Assembly (NCBI GenBank): GCA_002733495.1
Contig: NVVV01000004.1
Location: 32,806-96,805 of the forward strand
Source of the DNA: Robiginitomaculum sp.
Lineage (GTDB): Bacteria > Pseudomonadota > Alphaproteobacteria > Caulobacterales > Maricaulaceae
DNA: 64,000 nucleotides
Direction: 5' to 3'
Below, piece by piece: positions 36,639-45,970 of the stretch. Within the stretch, counting starts at the first letter, position 1. The number at the start of each line of letters is the position of its first letter. The translations under genes and the position numbers were made by a program. The notes below the pieces were generated by a model, which was not told the DNA's origin, made no database searches, and was given only the letters and a program-made list of their open reading frames with translations.

Positions 36639-38447
36639 ATGACCATAGATCCTAAACATATTCGCAATTTTGCCATTGTCGCCCATATCGACCACGGTAA
36701 ATCCACGCTGGCCGACCGCCTGATCCAGGAAACCGGCGGCCTTAGCGCCCGCGAAATGAAAGCCCAAGTGCTCGACAGCATGGATATTGAGCGCGAACGG
36801 GGCATTACCATCAAGGCGCAAACCGTGCGCCTTGAATATAAAGCCCAGGATGGTCAGGATTATGTTCTGAACCTTATGGACACGCCGGGCCATGTGGACT
36901 TTGCCTATGAGGTGTCGCGCTCGCTCTCGGCCTGCGAAGGCTCACTTCTGGTTGTTGATGCCAGCCAGGGGGTTGAGGCGCAAACGCTGGCCAATGTGTA
37001 TCAGGCGCTGGACCACGATCATGATATCGTTTCCATCTTGAATAAAATTGATCTGCCTGCCGCTGAGCCGGACCGTATTCGCCAGCAGATCGAGGATGTC
37101 ATTGGGCTGGACGCCAGTGATGCCATCGAGGTTTCGGCCAAAACCGGCCAGGGCATCCCTGAGGTCTTGGAGGCCATTGTCAAGCAATTGCCGGCACCAA
37201 TGTCCGGTGATCCTGAGGCACCCTTAAAGGCATTGCTGGTCGACGCCTGGTATGACACTTATCTGGGGGTGGTGGTTCTTTTTCGCATGCTCGAAGGCAC
37301 AGCGAAAAAGGGCTTGCGCATCAAGATGATGTCCAATGGCTCGTCCTATGTGCTGGACCGGGTTGGGGTGTTTCGTCCCAAGGCCGAGGAAGTGGCGTCG
37401 TTGGGGCCGGGCGAAATTGGCTTTTTTACCGCCTCCATCAAGGAAGTGGCCGACGCCGCCGTTGGCGATACCATCACCGAAGAAAAACGCCCCACCAAAG
37501 TGGCGCTAAAAGGCTTTCGGCCGGTCCAGCCGGTGGTTTTTTGCGGCATATTCCCGGTCGATGCCGCCGATTTTGAAGATCTGCGCGCTGCCGTGGGCAG
37601 ATTGCGCCTCAATGACGCCAGTTTTTCCTATGAAATGGAAACCTCTGCGGCGCTGGGCTTTGGCTTTCGCTGTGGGTTTTTAGGGCTGCTGCACCTGGAG
37701 ATCATTCAGGAACGCCTGGAGCGTGAATTTAATCTCGACCTGATCGCTACCGCCCCCAGCGTGGTGTACCAGATCGCCATGAGCGATGGCAGCCAGATGG
37801 AGCTGCACAACCCGGCGGACATGCCGGACCCGGTACGCATCGAAAGTATTGCCGAGCCGTGGATCAAAGCCACCATTTTAACGCCGGACGAATATGTCGG
37901 CGCGGTACTCAAGCTTTGTCAGGATAGGCGCGGCGTGCAAACGGCGCTGACCTATGTGGGCAGCCGGGCGATGATTGAATACGAATTGCCGCTGAACGAA
38001 GTGGTGTTTGATTTTTATGACCGGCTGAAATCCCTGACCAAAGGGTATGCCAGCTTTGATTATTCGATGATCGGCTATCGCGAGGGGGATCTGGTGAAAA
38101 TGTCGATCCTGGTGAATGCCGAGCCTGTGGACGCGCTTTCCATGCTGGTGCACCGTTCCCGCGCCGAGGCTCGAGGCCGGGTAATGTGCGAAAAACTGAA
38201 AGACCTGATCCCGCGTCACATGTTCAAAATCCCCATTCAGGCGGCCATTGGCGGACGGGTGATTGCCAGAGAGACTATTGCCGCTTTGCGCAAGGATGTG
38301 ACGGCAAAATGTTATGGCGGCGATGCCACCCGCAAACGCAAACTGCTGGACAAACAAAAGGCCGGCAAGAAGAAAATGCGCCAGTTTGGCAAGGTGGAAA
38401 TCCCCCAAACCGCCTTTATTGCGGCACTGAAAATGGATGGGGATTAA
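36639..38447 (+). CDS. lepA: translation elongation factor 4 (LepA)
   Basis: Contains [29 protein letters not shown] and NKIDLP, plus the LepA C-terminal domain. The start is at MTIDPKH (ATG 36639), giving 602 aa. Confidence 0.95.
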   Translation: MTIDPKHIRNFAIVAHIDHGKSTLADRLIQETGGLSAREMKAQVLDSMDIERERGITIKAQTVRLEYKAQDGQDYVLNLMDTPGHVDFAYEVSRSLSACEGSLLVVDASQGVEAQTLANVYQALDHDHDIVSILNKIDLPAAEPDRIRQQIEDVIGLDASDAIEVSAKTGQGIPEVLEAIVKQLPAPMSGDPEAPLKALLVDAWYDTYLGVVVLFRMLEGTAKKGLRIKMMSNGSSYVLDRVGVFRPKAEEVASLGPGEIGFFTASIKEVADAAVGDTITEEKRPTKVALKGFRPVQPVVFCGIFPVDAADFEDLRAAVGRLRLNDASFSYEMETSAALGFGFRCGFLGLLHLEIIQERLEREFNLDLIATAPSVVYQIAMSDGSQMELHNPADMPDPVRIESIAEPWIKATILTPDEYVGAVLKLCQDRRGVQTALTYVGSRAMIEYELPLNEVVFDFYDRLKSLTKGYASFDYSMIGYREGDLVKMSILVNAEPVDALSMLVHRSRAEARGRVMCEKLKDLIPRHMFKIPIQAAIGGRVIARETIAALRKDVTAKCYGGDATRKRKLLDKQKAGKKKMRQFGKVEIPQTAFIAALKMDGD

Positions 38448-38468
38448 GGGGCTTTTTGCTTGCAAGGT

Positions 38469-38504
38469 GGGTCCGGGTTAAGGCAACTGCCTTTCCGGGA
38501 ATTC
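38469..38504 (+). repeat. degenerate copy (A1) of the hairpin repeat that flanks the GIY-YIG gene
   Basis: GGGTCCGGGTTAAGGCAACTGCCTTTCCGGGAATTC resembles copies A2 and A3 (core TCCCGGATAAGGC..GCCTTTCCGGGAA). Confidence 0.45.
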
Positions 38505-38513
38505 TTTAGCGCT

Positions 38514-38577
38514 CCTCATCCTGAGCCTGTCGAAGGATGTAAGCCCCCCTCTATGGTTCGACAAGCTCACCATGAGG
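38514..38577. repeat. REP/RIME-like imperfect palindrome
   Basis: CCTCATCCTGAGCCTGTCGAA (38514-34) matches the reverse complement of TTCGACAAGCTCACCATGAGG (38557-77) at 18/21 positions. When translated it gives the familiar artefact peptides ..VSLSNH.. and ..SFDRLRMRS.. Confidence 0.6.
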
Positions 38578-38641
38578 GTTGCCTCCATAGAGCCACCGGG
38601 CCTTAGGCCCCAAGGTCTGTTGTGAGCTAAACCTGCAAGAT

Positions 38642-38695
38642 GGATCCCGGATAAAACCAGAGGGTTTTCCGGCAACCCTAAGTATAATGAGGCTT
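38642..38695 (+). repeat. hairpin repeat copy A2 (left flank of the GIY-YIG gene)
   Basis: GGATCCCGGATAAAACCAGAGGGTTTTCCGGCAACCCTAAGTATAATGAGGCTT is about 80% identical to A3 at 39142-39194, in direct orientation. Confidence 0.65.
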
Positions 38696-38708
38696 ACCCC
38701 CATAGGGT

Positions 38709-38737
38709 CCCCGGACTTGATCCGGGGTCAAGTTTTT
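38709..38737 (+). terminator. hairpin plus T-run (possible distal lepA terminator)
   Basis: CCCCGGA, loop CTTGA, TCCGGGG, then TCAAGTTTTTG. Confidence 0.35.
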
Positions 38738-38779
38738 GCGTCTCATTTTGACCCGATGCCTATATAAATTTTGGACCGT

Positions 38780-39079
38780 CTACATGTTACTGATTTTATC
38801 CCACAAATCATGCCATTGCGAATTGTCTTTCTCGATAAGCGCAATCTTCCAGGCTCGCTTCCATCGTTTAATTCTTTTTTCTCGTAACAGTCCGATATGT
38901 GGCTCTGTATGGTGTTCAAACCAAACAAGCCGGGTGACATCATATTTTTTAGTGAAACCGGGAACCACTTTATTTTTATGTTGCCAAACTCGTTCTACAA
39001 GATTGTCTGTGGCCCCGACATAAAGGGTTCCATTGGGTTGGCTGGCCAGGATGTAGACATAGAAATTAATCTGGTTCAT
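38780..39079 (-). CDS. GIY-YIG nuclease family protein (UPF0213-like)
   Basis: MNQINFYVYILASQPNGTLYVGATDNLVERVWQHK......FTKKY.V.RLVWFE........REK.IK.W.R..K..LIE carries the GIY and YVG motifs and the conserved Arg/Glu. It is low in GC. Confidence 0.85.
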   Translation of the reverse strand: MNQINFYVYILASQPNGTLYVGATDNLVERVWQHKNKVVPGFTKKYDVTRLVWFEHHTEPHIGLLREKRIKRWKRAWKIALIEKDNSQWHDLWDKISNM

Positions 39080-39141
39080 CGCATTAAGGTGATGAATGCA
39101 ATGCAAAAACGCAAGCTGCGTTGAATTTAAAACACTTGGCT

Positions 39142-39194
39142 GGGTCCCGGATAAGGCTAACGCCTTTCCGGGAACCCTAAGTGCAATGAGGTTT
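39142..39194 (+). repeat. hairpin repeat copy A3 (right flank of the GIY-YIG gene)
   Basis: GGGTCCCGGATAAGGCTAACGCCTTTCCGGGAACCCTAAGTGCAATGAGGTTT folds as nested stems: TCCCGGA/TCCGGGA and AAGGC/GCCTT. Confidence 0.65.
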
Positions 39195-39200
39195 CGCGCT

Positions 39201-40760
39201 CTACCCCCTAATCGCCATTTCTAACCCATTGGCATCGCGCGCCGGTTCATGAGGCAACACTTCGGCGGCATTAAACAAGATGCGCTGGGCCGACCAGGCA
39301 CAGGCACAGGCGTCCAGAAAGTCTTCACGCACATTGCCAAAGGGCGTGAAGGTCTCCAGACGCAAAAACTCTTTATCAAAGCTGACTTTTTGCAAGGCTT
39401 CTACGCGTTCCTGCTCTCCTTCTTTAGTTTTCTTGGGGTGGGCACACGGCTCGCCCTCGCGGATCAGGGTAAAGCAAAGCTCCGGGTGGGTTTCAAAAAT
39501 CCTTTTTTGTAATTCAGGTGTAATGCGCGCATCAATTTCACGCATCTTGTCAAAGAGCGCAAAAGTTTGCTGGGAGAGTTTGGGCGCGTGTTCTGCGGTT
39601 TTAGCATTGGCGGCACAGGCCGCTTCATAATTGGTGGTATAAAGCGCCCGGCGGCTGGGCGAAGAAAACACCGAAGATTTACGCATCCCAAGGCGTTCCC
39701 GTGCGGCACGTTCACACCCACGTCCGCCGCGCACCGCCTTTTCCAAAAAGCCAATGGGCATATCCACGGCGACAATCTCCGGGCGCTCTGGCGTTAAAAG
39801 GACATCCCAAAACCCGCGCAAGGGGCGCATGACAGGGATGTGCTTGCCGGTGACATCGACCATAACGGCGACCCATCCGCCAGGACAGGCGTCCATGCCG
39901 GCCACCCAGCGCGCATGGCGGCGGGTTTGCAAAGGGGGGCGGGCGGTGACCCCGGTACGCGGGCTGACCAGACGGTCCTGTGTGGCTACCAGAGGCAGTT
40001 CTTTGGCGTTCAGCCGCTGGGCTTCGCCTAACACCATATCAATGGAGGAAACGGCGGTTTCAAGCGCAACGCGTACCGGCTTGCCGTTCAGCAAATGCGC
40101 CGTAATGAGCGCGGTCAGCAAATCCCCCGTGCCGCGCGGCACATTTTTGTAATTGGACGAACTGACACACCAGGATTCTTCTTCACTGATGGAAAGGGTC
40201 GTGCACTGGGTGGTGCTGGGGGTCGAGCTGGCAATCACCAGCGGGCATTTGGTGGCGCGCGCTGCCTCAACCGCTGAACTTTCATCAAAAACCGGACGGT
40301 CTGAAATATGTGCCAATTCCCAGGCATTGGGGGTGATAATGTCGGCGCGAGGCACCAGATCGCGTTTTATGGCTTCGGCCACAGCATCAGAAACATAAAG
40401 CCCATCTGGCTCATCCCCCATAACCGGGTCCACCACAATCATCACATCGGGTTTGGCGGCGCGCACATAATCAATCATCGCGGCGGCGGCGGTGATTTGG
40501 CGGGTCGAGCGAAAATACCCGGTAATGACCGCGTCAATTTTGCTTAAAACGCCCTGATCCTGCACTGCCAGAAACATACGCGACAGGCCGTCGGCATCAA
40601 TATCGACCAGTCCAGGGTCGCCCCAACCGGGGTGGCGACCCATAAGCACGGTCGGCAAAGTGATTACCTCAACTCCAAGGCGTTGCAGGGCAAACATTGA
40701 GGCCGAAGCGCCAACACGGCTGGATGCCGCCTGCGAAGTGATCAGAAGCACGGTTTTCAT
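39201..40760 (-). CDS. pyridoxal/pyridoxine kinase (PdxY/PdxK-like) fused to a DUF429 domain
   Basis: The N-terminal ~275 aa are ribokinase-fold PdxK (MKTVLLITSQ...VDPVMGD...ITPN.WE....GTGDL). This is followed in frame by WVAGMDACPGGWVAVMVD...VAVDMPIG, which is typical of DUF429. The start is at ATG 40760. The ORF upstream of that is antisense to the citE-like gene. Confidence 0.7.
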   Translation of the reverse strand: MKTVLLITSQAASSRVGASASMFALQRLGVEVITLPTVLMGRHPGWGDPGLVDIDADGLSRMFLAVQDQGVLSKIDAVITGYFRSTRQITAAAAMIDYVRAAKPDVMIVVDPVMGDEPDGLYVSDAVAEAIKRDLVPRADIITPNAWELAHISDRPVFDESSAVEAARATKCPLVIASSTPSTTQCTTLSISEEESWCVSSSNYKNVPRGTGDLLTALITAHLLNGKPVRVALETAVSSIDMVLGEAQRLNAKELPLVATQDRLVSPRTGVTARPPLQTRRHARWVAGMDACPGGWVAVMVDVTGKHIPVMRPLRGFWDVLLTPERPEIVAVDMPIGFLEKAVRGGRGCERAARERLGMRKSSVFSSPSRRALYTTNYEAACAANAKTAEHAPKLSQQTFALFDKMREIDARITPELQKRIFETHPELCFTLIREGEPCAHPKKTKEGEQERVEALQKVSFDKEFLRLETFTPFGNVREDFLDACACAWSAQRILFNAAEVLPHEPARDANGLEMAIRG

Positions 40761-40821
40761 GGGCGCAGTATTGCGTAAAGATGTTAAAGAAATATCGCGT
40801 TTATCCTCAGGGAGTTTGAAA

Positions 40822-41736
40822 ATGGCCGTCCGCCCCAGATCAATTCTGTTTGTACCCGCCGCCAATGCTAAGGCGCTGGCCAAAGCCCCCAAACTTGATG
40901 CCGATGCCATTATCATTGATCTGGAAGATGCGGTGGCACCGGGCGAGAAGGAAGCCGCACGGGCGGCCACCTTGCGGGCGCTTGGTGTGGCGGGCTGGAA
41001 AACCCCTATTCGGGCGGTGCGGATTAACCCATTGCAAAGCCCCTGGGGCCAAGGCGATGTGCTGGCCATTGCGCCATCGGCCCCCGACGTGCTGGTTATT
41101 CCCAAGGTGGAAAGTGCCGATATGTTGCGCCAAATACGGGTTCAGATCTCACGCGCTGCTTTGCCGCGCGGCTGGCAAGCGCCAATATTATGGGCCATGG
41201 TGGAAACCCCGCGCGGGATTTTAAACATAAAAGAGATTGCCGCCAGCGCCGCCGAGACGGGCCTTGGCGCGTTGATTGCGGGCACCAATGATTTGGCCAA
41301 GGCCTTGCGCTGTGATGGGTTGGCGCAGGGTCGGTTGGCTTTGCAGGCCCATTTGTCTACCCTGGTTCTTGTGGCGCGCTGCTATGACCTGATGGTCTTT
41401 GATGGCGTCTATAATGCTTTTGCCGATGAGGCCGCCTTCGCGCGCGAGGCAAAACAGGGGCGCGCCTTTGGTTTTGATGGCAAAACCCTGATCCATCCGG
41501 CGCAAATTGGCCCGGCCCGAACCATATTTGGTCCTGACGGCGAGGCGATAAAACAGGCCAAAGCCATTGTGCGAGCCTTTGGCTTGAAAAAGAATGCTGG
41601 CAAGGGTGTGATTAATCTGGGTGGGCAAATGATCGAACGTTTGCATCTGCAAGAGGCGCGCTCTTTGCTTGACTCTCTGCCGGTCCTGTCGGCAAAACCT
41701 TCATCATCGGCACGGTCGTCTAAAAGGAAGTCATGA
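40822..41736 (+). CDS. HpcH/HpaI aldolase / citrate-lyase beta-subunit-like protein (CitE family)
   Basis: RSILFVPAANAKALAKAPKLDADAIIIDLEDAV and ...ETP.G......IA......L..G.NDL are CitE-type motifs. The start ATG 40822 has the RBS GGGAG. Confidence 0.8.
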   Translation: MAVRPRSILFVPAANAKALAKAPKLDADAIIIDLEDAVAPGEKEAARAATLRALGVAGWKTPIRAVRINPLQSPWGQGDVLAIAPSAPDVLVIPKVESADMLRQIRVQISRAALPRGWQAPILWAMVETPRGILNIKEIAASAAETGLGALIAGTNDLAKALRCDGLAQGRLALQAHLSTLVLVARCYDLMVFDGVYNAFADEAAFAREAKQGRAFGFDGKTLIHPAQIGPARTIFGPDGEAIKQAKAIVRAFGLKKNAGKGVINLGGQMIERLHLQEARSLLDSLPVLSAKPSSSARSSKRKS

Positions 41737-42341
41737 TTATGAGGGTTTTGCTTATCGGCCTTGGGGCCATCATTCTAATGACATCTTCTGCCCTAGCGCA
41801 GGATCAGGGTGCGGGCGATGAGACATGCAGCGTTAGCGGCAAGGACATGAGTGCCTATGCCGCCCTTGATTATGATGCCTTTAATTATGGCGCTGATGGT
41901 TGGCGGGCCTTGGCGTCGCGTAAATGTTTTTATGATGCCGGGGCCAGTATTATCTCCTGGCTTGTAGACCATGAGGGCGACCTTGATGGCGCGCAATTAC
42001 GCACAGAGCATTATCAGGCGGCGCGCAATTTTGCGCTGGCCGATCGGCGGGAAATTGCCCTGTTACAATTACGTCTGGCACAGGACAACACGCCCAAAAA
42101 GCTGGGGGCCATGAACTGGAATGCCTATCTGGATGCCTTTGAAGCCTGGTTGTCCGAAGATGCGCAAGGACTGCGCACCTCTATTGCCCGCCTTGAAAAA
42201 CAGCCCGATGGCAGCGATGGCCGCAAGCCAAACCTGGATGCGGCGCGCCGGTTTGAACGCTGCTTTACCAAAACCTATATTATGATTGAACGAGACCCGG
42301 CCTGTTTACCAGAGCCAGCATCCACGCAAGGGGTGCGCTAA
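41733..42341 (+). CDS. secreted hypothetical protein
   Basis: Has a signal peptide (MIMRVLLIGLGAIILMTSSALA). It overlaps its neighbours by 4 nt and 1 nt, suggesting operon coupling. I do not recognise a family. Confidence 0.55.
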   Translation: MIMRVLLIGLGAIILMTSSALAQDQGAGDETCSVSGKDMSAYAALDYDAFNYGADGWRALASRKCFYDAGASIISWLVDHEGDLDGAQLRTEHYQAARNFALADRREIALLQLRLAQDNTPKKLGAMNWNAYLDAFEAWLSEDAQGLRTSIARLEKQPDGSDGRKPNLDAARRFERCFTKTYIMIERDPACLPEPASTQGVR

Positions 42342-42709
42342 TGAAAGTGCTCTCGACCATTATGGTATTGATTGTTGCCGCGCTACACGGCTGGTTTTTG
42401 GTTGTCGAGATGTTTTTATATGAACACCCGATCGGCTTGAAAATTTTTTCACATACGCCGGAACACGCCGCCGAAACCGCAATGTTTGCCGCCAATCAGG
42501 GGCTGTATAACGGCTTTTTGGTGGCCGGTTTGTTGTGGGGCTTGCTGCGCGGCAAGCGCGATTTCACAATCTTTTTTCTGTTATTTGTGATCATTGCTGG
42601 CGTTTACGCCGGTATTGTTGTTGATCCGGGTGTCTTTTATCTTCAGGCGGCGCCTGCCGCATTGGGGTTGGTGCTGACACTGCTTGCCCCAAAACCTCGC
42701 TCAGCTTGA
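42341..42709 (+). CDS. DUF1304-like membrane protein
   Basis: 122 aa with 4 TM helices. ..ALHGWFLVVEMFL.......F........A.......NQGLYNGFLA.GL matches my recollection of DUF1304. Confidence 0.6.
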   Translation: MKVLSTIMVLIVAALHGWFLVVEMFLYEHPIGLKIFSHTPEHAAETAMFAANQGLYNGFLVAGLLWGLLRGKRDFTIFFLLFVIIAGVYAGIVVDPGVFYLQAAPAALGLVLTLLAPKPRSA

Positions 42710-42732
42710 GCCTATAAGACGAGAGTAAAACC

Positions 42733-43083
42733 ATGAGCCTGAAATTTTATCACAATCCGCGCTGTTCAAAATCCCGTGCTGCCAAGGCGTTGCTGGATGA
42801 GCGTGGCCTGAACTATGACACAGTTTTATATCTGGACACGCCGCCAGATATGGACGAGCTGTCATCCTTGGTTAAAAAGCTGGGCGTTGATACTGCGCGC
42901 GACATGATGCGCAAGGGCGAAGAAGCCTATAAGGACCTGGGCCTTTCTACAATCAGCGATGAACAGGCCCTGATTGTGGCTATGAGCGAGCATCCGCGCC
43001 TGATCGAGCGGCCAATACTGGTTAAGGGTGAACAGGCTGCCATTGGCCGTCCCCTTGAAAATATTATTGACCTTCTGAAATAG
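42733..43083 (+). CDS. arsC: ArsC-family reductase (glutaredoxin-type arsenate reductase fold)
   Basis: FYHNPRCSKSR......L...G.....V.YL..PP...EL..L...........R......Y..LGL..........I..M..HP.LIERPI aligns along its full length with E. coli ArsC/YffB-type proteins. Confidence 0.7.
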   Translation: MSLKFYHNPRCSKSRAAKALLDERGLNYDTVLYLDTPPDMDELSSLVKKLGVDTARDMMRKGEEAYKDLGLSTISDEQALIVAMSEHPRLIERPILVKGEQAAIGRPLENIIDLLK

Positions 43084-43107
43084 AAAGGCGCGAAGGGCCA
43101 CAGAACC

Positions 43108-44457
43108 TTGCGCGCAAATCTAATTGTGACCCATGTGCCCTTAACCCGAAAGCGTGTCATGGCGCTGACCTGGCCGATGATCTTTGCCAATGCGTTGATC
43201 CCGCTGGTGGGGGTAATTGATACTGCCGTGATCGGCTTGTCCGGCGATGCTACAGATATTGGCGGTGTGGCTGTTGGCGGCATGGTATTTGCCGTTTTTT
43301 ACTGGAGCACATATTTTTTGCGCATGGGGGTCACTGGCCTCACCGCCCAGGAAATTGGTGCAGGCGATCGGGCCGAAAGCCAGCGTATTGTCGCCCGCGC
43401 TTTGCTGATCGCTCTGGTTCTGGGCTTTACCTTTCTGGCGCTGAAAACTCCCATCAGCGCGCTTGCCTTTAATGTCTTGCAGGGCAGTGAAACGGTTGAA
43501 ACCAAGGGTGCGGCTTATGTTTCGGCGCGGTTTTGGGGCGCGCCAGCCGCGCTTGGTCTTTTTGCTGTTACCGGATGGTTGATCGGCGCCGGTAAAACCC
43601 GTCTGGCGCTGATGGTGCAGGCCGTTCTGGCGCTGACAAACGCTGCGCTGGATGTCTGGTTTGTTATGGGTTTTGGCTGGGGACCGGCGGGGGTGGCCGC
43701 AGGCACAGTCATCGCGGAATGGCTGGCCTTTTTGTTGGGCCTTGCACTGGTTTTACGGGCCTTTGGGGTGAACCGGGCCGTGCTTGTTGAGACCCTCTCT
43801 TTGGCGCAACTCATTGATCCTGCGGCGCTAAAGCGCTTGTTTGGCCTGAATTTCAACCTCTTTTTACGTTCCATTTTCCTGACTATTGGCTTTAGCTGGT
43901 TTATCAATGCCGGTGCGCGTCAGGGCGATGTCTTGCTGGCGGCCAATCAGGTTTTATTGCAATTCATCATGGTCTGGGCCTTCGTGCTGGACGCCTTTGC
44001 CTATACTGCCGAGGCAGAAACGGGCCGGGCCTTTGGCCAACGCTCGATCGCAGACTTGCGCCGCGCCGTGCGCCTGACCAGCGAATTTGCCTTTGCCTGT
44101 GCCTTTGGGTTTGGGGCTTTGACGCTCTTTGGTGGCGGCTGGGTTATCTCTCATTTGATTAGTGATCCTATGGTGCGCGAGGCTGCAATTGTGTATCTAC
44201 CCTGGTGCGCCGCCGTGCCGGTATTGGGCATTGCCTCCTGGCAATTGGATGGCATTTTTACCGGGGCCACACGCAGCGCCGCCATGCGCAATGCTTCACT
44301 GGCCAGTCTGTTGGTCTATCTGGGCTTTGACGCGCTTTTATCGCCGGGGGGCAATGGCGGCGTCTGGGCGGCGTTTTTGATTTATTTTGTCGCCCGGGGC
44401 GTAAGCCTTTTGGTGGCCTACCCGGCGCTGGAGCGGGGCATGACAAAGCCTGCCTAG
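43108..44457 (+). CDS. MATE family efflux transporter (DinF-like)
   Basis: A 12-TM protein with ..W.MI..N...PL.G..DTAV.G....... at the N-terminus. The start is uncertain: TTG 43108 or ATG 43159. Confidence 0.8.
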   Translation: MRANLIVTHVPLTRKRVMALTWPMIFANALIPLVGVIDTAVIGLSGDATDIGGVAVGGMVFAVFYWSTYFLRMGVTGLTAQEIGAGDRAESQRIVARALLIALVLGFTFLALKTPISALAFNVLQGSETVETKGAAYVSARFWGAPAALGLFAVTGWLIGAGKTRLALMVQAVLALTNAALDVWFVMGFGWGPAGVAAGTVIAEWLAFLLGLALVLRAFGVNRAVLVETLSLAQLIDPAALKRLFGLNFNLFLRSIFLTIGFSWFINAGARQGDVLLAANQVLLQFIMVWAFVLDAFAYTAEAETGRAFGQRSIADLRRAVRLTSEFAFACAFGFGALTLFGGGWVISHLISDPMVREAAIVYLPWCAAVPVLGIASWQLDGIFTGATRSAAMRNASLASLLVYLGFDALLSPGGNGGVWAAFLIYFVARGVSLLVAYPALERGMTKPA

Positions 44458-45506
44458 GCCCCAACCGCTTCGGCCACGCTGGAAAACCCGTCGCTACGTA
44501 AACAAGCCGCCAGATCCGCCTTGATGGTCGTGACCAGTGAGGGGCCATGAAAAGCCATGGCGGTATAAAGCTGAACGGCGCTGGCCCCGGCACGAATTTT
44601 GGCATAGGCATCCGCGCCTGAGGCAATGCCGCCAACGCCGATCAACGCTATTTTCCCATTTGTGACGGTTTTGAATGCGCGCAAAACTGAGGTTGAGCGC
44701 GCAAAGAGCGGCGTACCAGACAGGCCCCCACTTTGGCTACGCGCGGCGCTAAGCAGACTATCCGGGCGCGCTATGGTGGTGTTGCTGATGATCAGGCCAT
44801 CCAGGGCAAAATGGCAGGCCGCTTCGCCGATCTCCTGAATTTGTAGATCGTCAAGATCGGGAGCGATTTTTAGGAAAATCGGCGGCGAGGGCTGATTGCC
44901 CATCAAGCCCGCACGAGCCTCCATAATGCGTCCCAAAAGGTCATAAAGCGCATCCTTGCTTTGCAAATCGCGCAGGCCCGGCGTGTTGGGCGAGGAAATA
45001 TTGATGGTGAACCAACTTGGCAGTCCCCACAGGGTTTTCAGGCCGGTCACATAATCACCAATGCGGTCCGTTGCCGTTTTATTGGCCCCGATATTGGCGC
45101 CAATTCTTGTACTATGCTCATTTTGAGCACTTAAATTGTATTTAAAGCGATCAAGACCCTCATTATTAAAACCCATGCGGTTAATCACCGCGCCATCTTC
45201 GGTCAGGCGAAACAGTCTTGGTCGTGGATTGCCAGCTTGCGCCAAGGGGGTCACCGTGCCGCATTCTACCCAGCCAAACCCGGCGCGGATCATGGCGGCA
45301 CCGACGTCGGCATTTTTATCAAACCCGGCGGCAAGGCCAATGGGGTTAGGTAAATCCAGTCCACAAAGATTTGTGCGTAAAATTGGATCATCCGGGGTGG
45401 TCTGCCTTGGGCCAAGCCCGGTTTTCAAGGCCTTGATGGTCAGTTTATGCGCTGTTTCGGCGGGGAAGTGCCGCAAGGCCGCGCCGGCAAGGTCATAAAT
45501 ATTCAT
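44454..45506 (-). CDS. pyrD: dihydroorotate dehydrogenase (quinone), class 2
   Basis: Contains ..NP.GLAAGFDKN.., ..G.VE.GTVTP..Q.GNP.PR.FR, ..NISSPNTPGLR and ..GGI.SG.DA..KI.AGAS.VQ.YT. Confidence 0.93.
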   Translation of the reverse strand: MNIYDLAGAALRHFPAETAHKLTIKALKTGLGPRQTTPDDPILRTNLCGLDLPNPIGLAAGFDKNADVGAAMIRAGFGWVECGTVTPLAQAGNPRPRLFRLTEDGAVINRMGFNNEGLDRFKYNLSAQNEHSTRIGANIGANKTATDRIGDYVTGLKTLWGLPSWFTINISSPNTPGLRDLQSKDALYDLLGRIMEARAGLMGNQPSPPIFLKIAPDLDDLQIQEIGEAACHFALDGLIISNTTIARPDSLLSAARSQSGGLSGTPLFARSTSVLRAFKTVTNGKIALIGVGGIASGADAYAKIRAGASAVQLYTAMAFHGPSLVTTIKADLAACLRSDGFSSVAEAVGA

Positions 45507-45856
45507 GGAATGTACGCCTCAAAGACATGGCCTTGGTCATTGCGCACCAAACGCTTGGCCGCGATCACCTGATCGGTGCGTAAGGGCGCATAAAGGTGGG
45601 GAAATAAAACACCACCGCGCGAAGGTTCCCATTTTAGATCATCCCCAAGGGGTGCTGCCTGAACGCTGAGCAGCAACAGGTCATCACAGTGCGCATAATA
45701 ACGCCGGGCCGTTTCGCGCACTGTTGTGGCGGTCGAGAAATGAATAAACCCATCACGCTTATCATGCGCGCTGCCCGTAAACAGGCCGCGCGCTTGCACA
45801 TCGCGCCAGCTTTCGCTGTCCATAAGGCGATATATGATCTCTTCCATAGGGCGCAC
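45503..45856 (-). CDS. DUF952 domain protein
   Basis: 117 aa. IYRLM....W........F.GS..D..DGFIHFS......ETA..Y........LL.V is the pattern of DUF952. It has a 4-nt overlap with pyrD. Confidence 0.7.
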   Translation of the reverse strand: MRPMEEIIYRLMDSESWRDVQARGLFTGSAHDKRDGFIHFSTATTVRETARRYYAHCDDLLLLSVQAAPLGDDLKWEPSRGGVLFPHLYAPLRTDQVIAAKRLVRNDQGHVFEAYIP

Positions 45857-45970
45857 ATAGCGCCTGTGAAAGGCTCTGCCAATCCCTTTTATGTTTCAAT
45901 CCTAAAATAGGTTTACATTCCTAATTTTGACGATATAGTCTGCTGATTCTGGAACGGTAGCTAAGGGCCC

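Noticed and set aside
37878-38465. A 195-aa minus-strand ORF. The same reasoning applies to 62371-62996, 22714-23256 and 43515-43907.
   Set aside because: These are shadow ORFs inside lepA, murU, clpB and the MATE gene respectively. The opposite strand has unambiguous conserved motifs.
38478-38675. A 65-aa minus-strand ORF (..MVSLSNHRGGLTSFDRLRMRSAKEF..).
   Set aside because: This peptide is the classic translation artefact of the dispersed palindromic repeat and is not a gene.
40761-41105. A 115-codon N-terminal extension of the pdxK-fusion ORF. The mirror case is 40660-40821, upstream of the citE-like gene.
   Set aside because: Each extension is antisense to the other gene's real start region. 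The recognisable domains begin at ATG 40760 and ATG 40822, the latter preceded by an obvious RBS (GGGAG).
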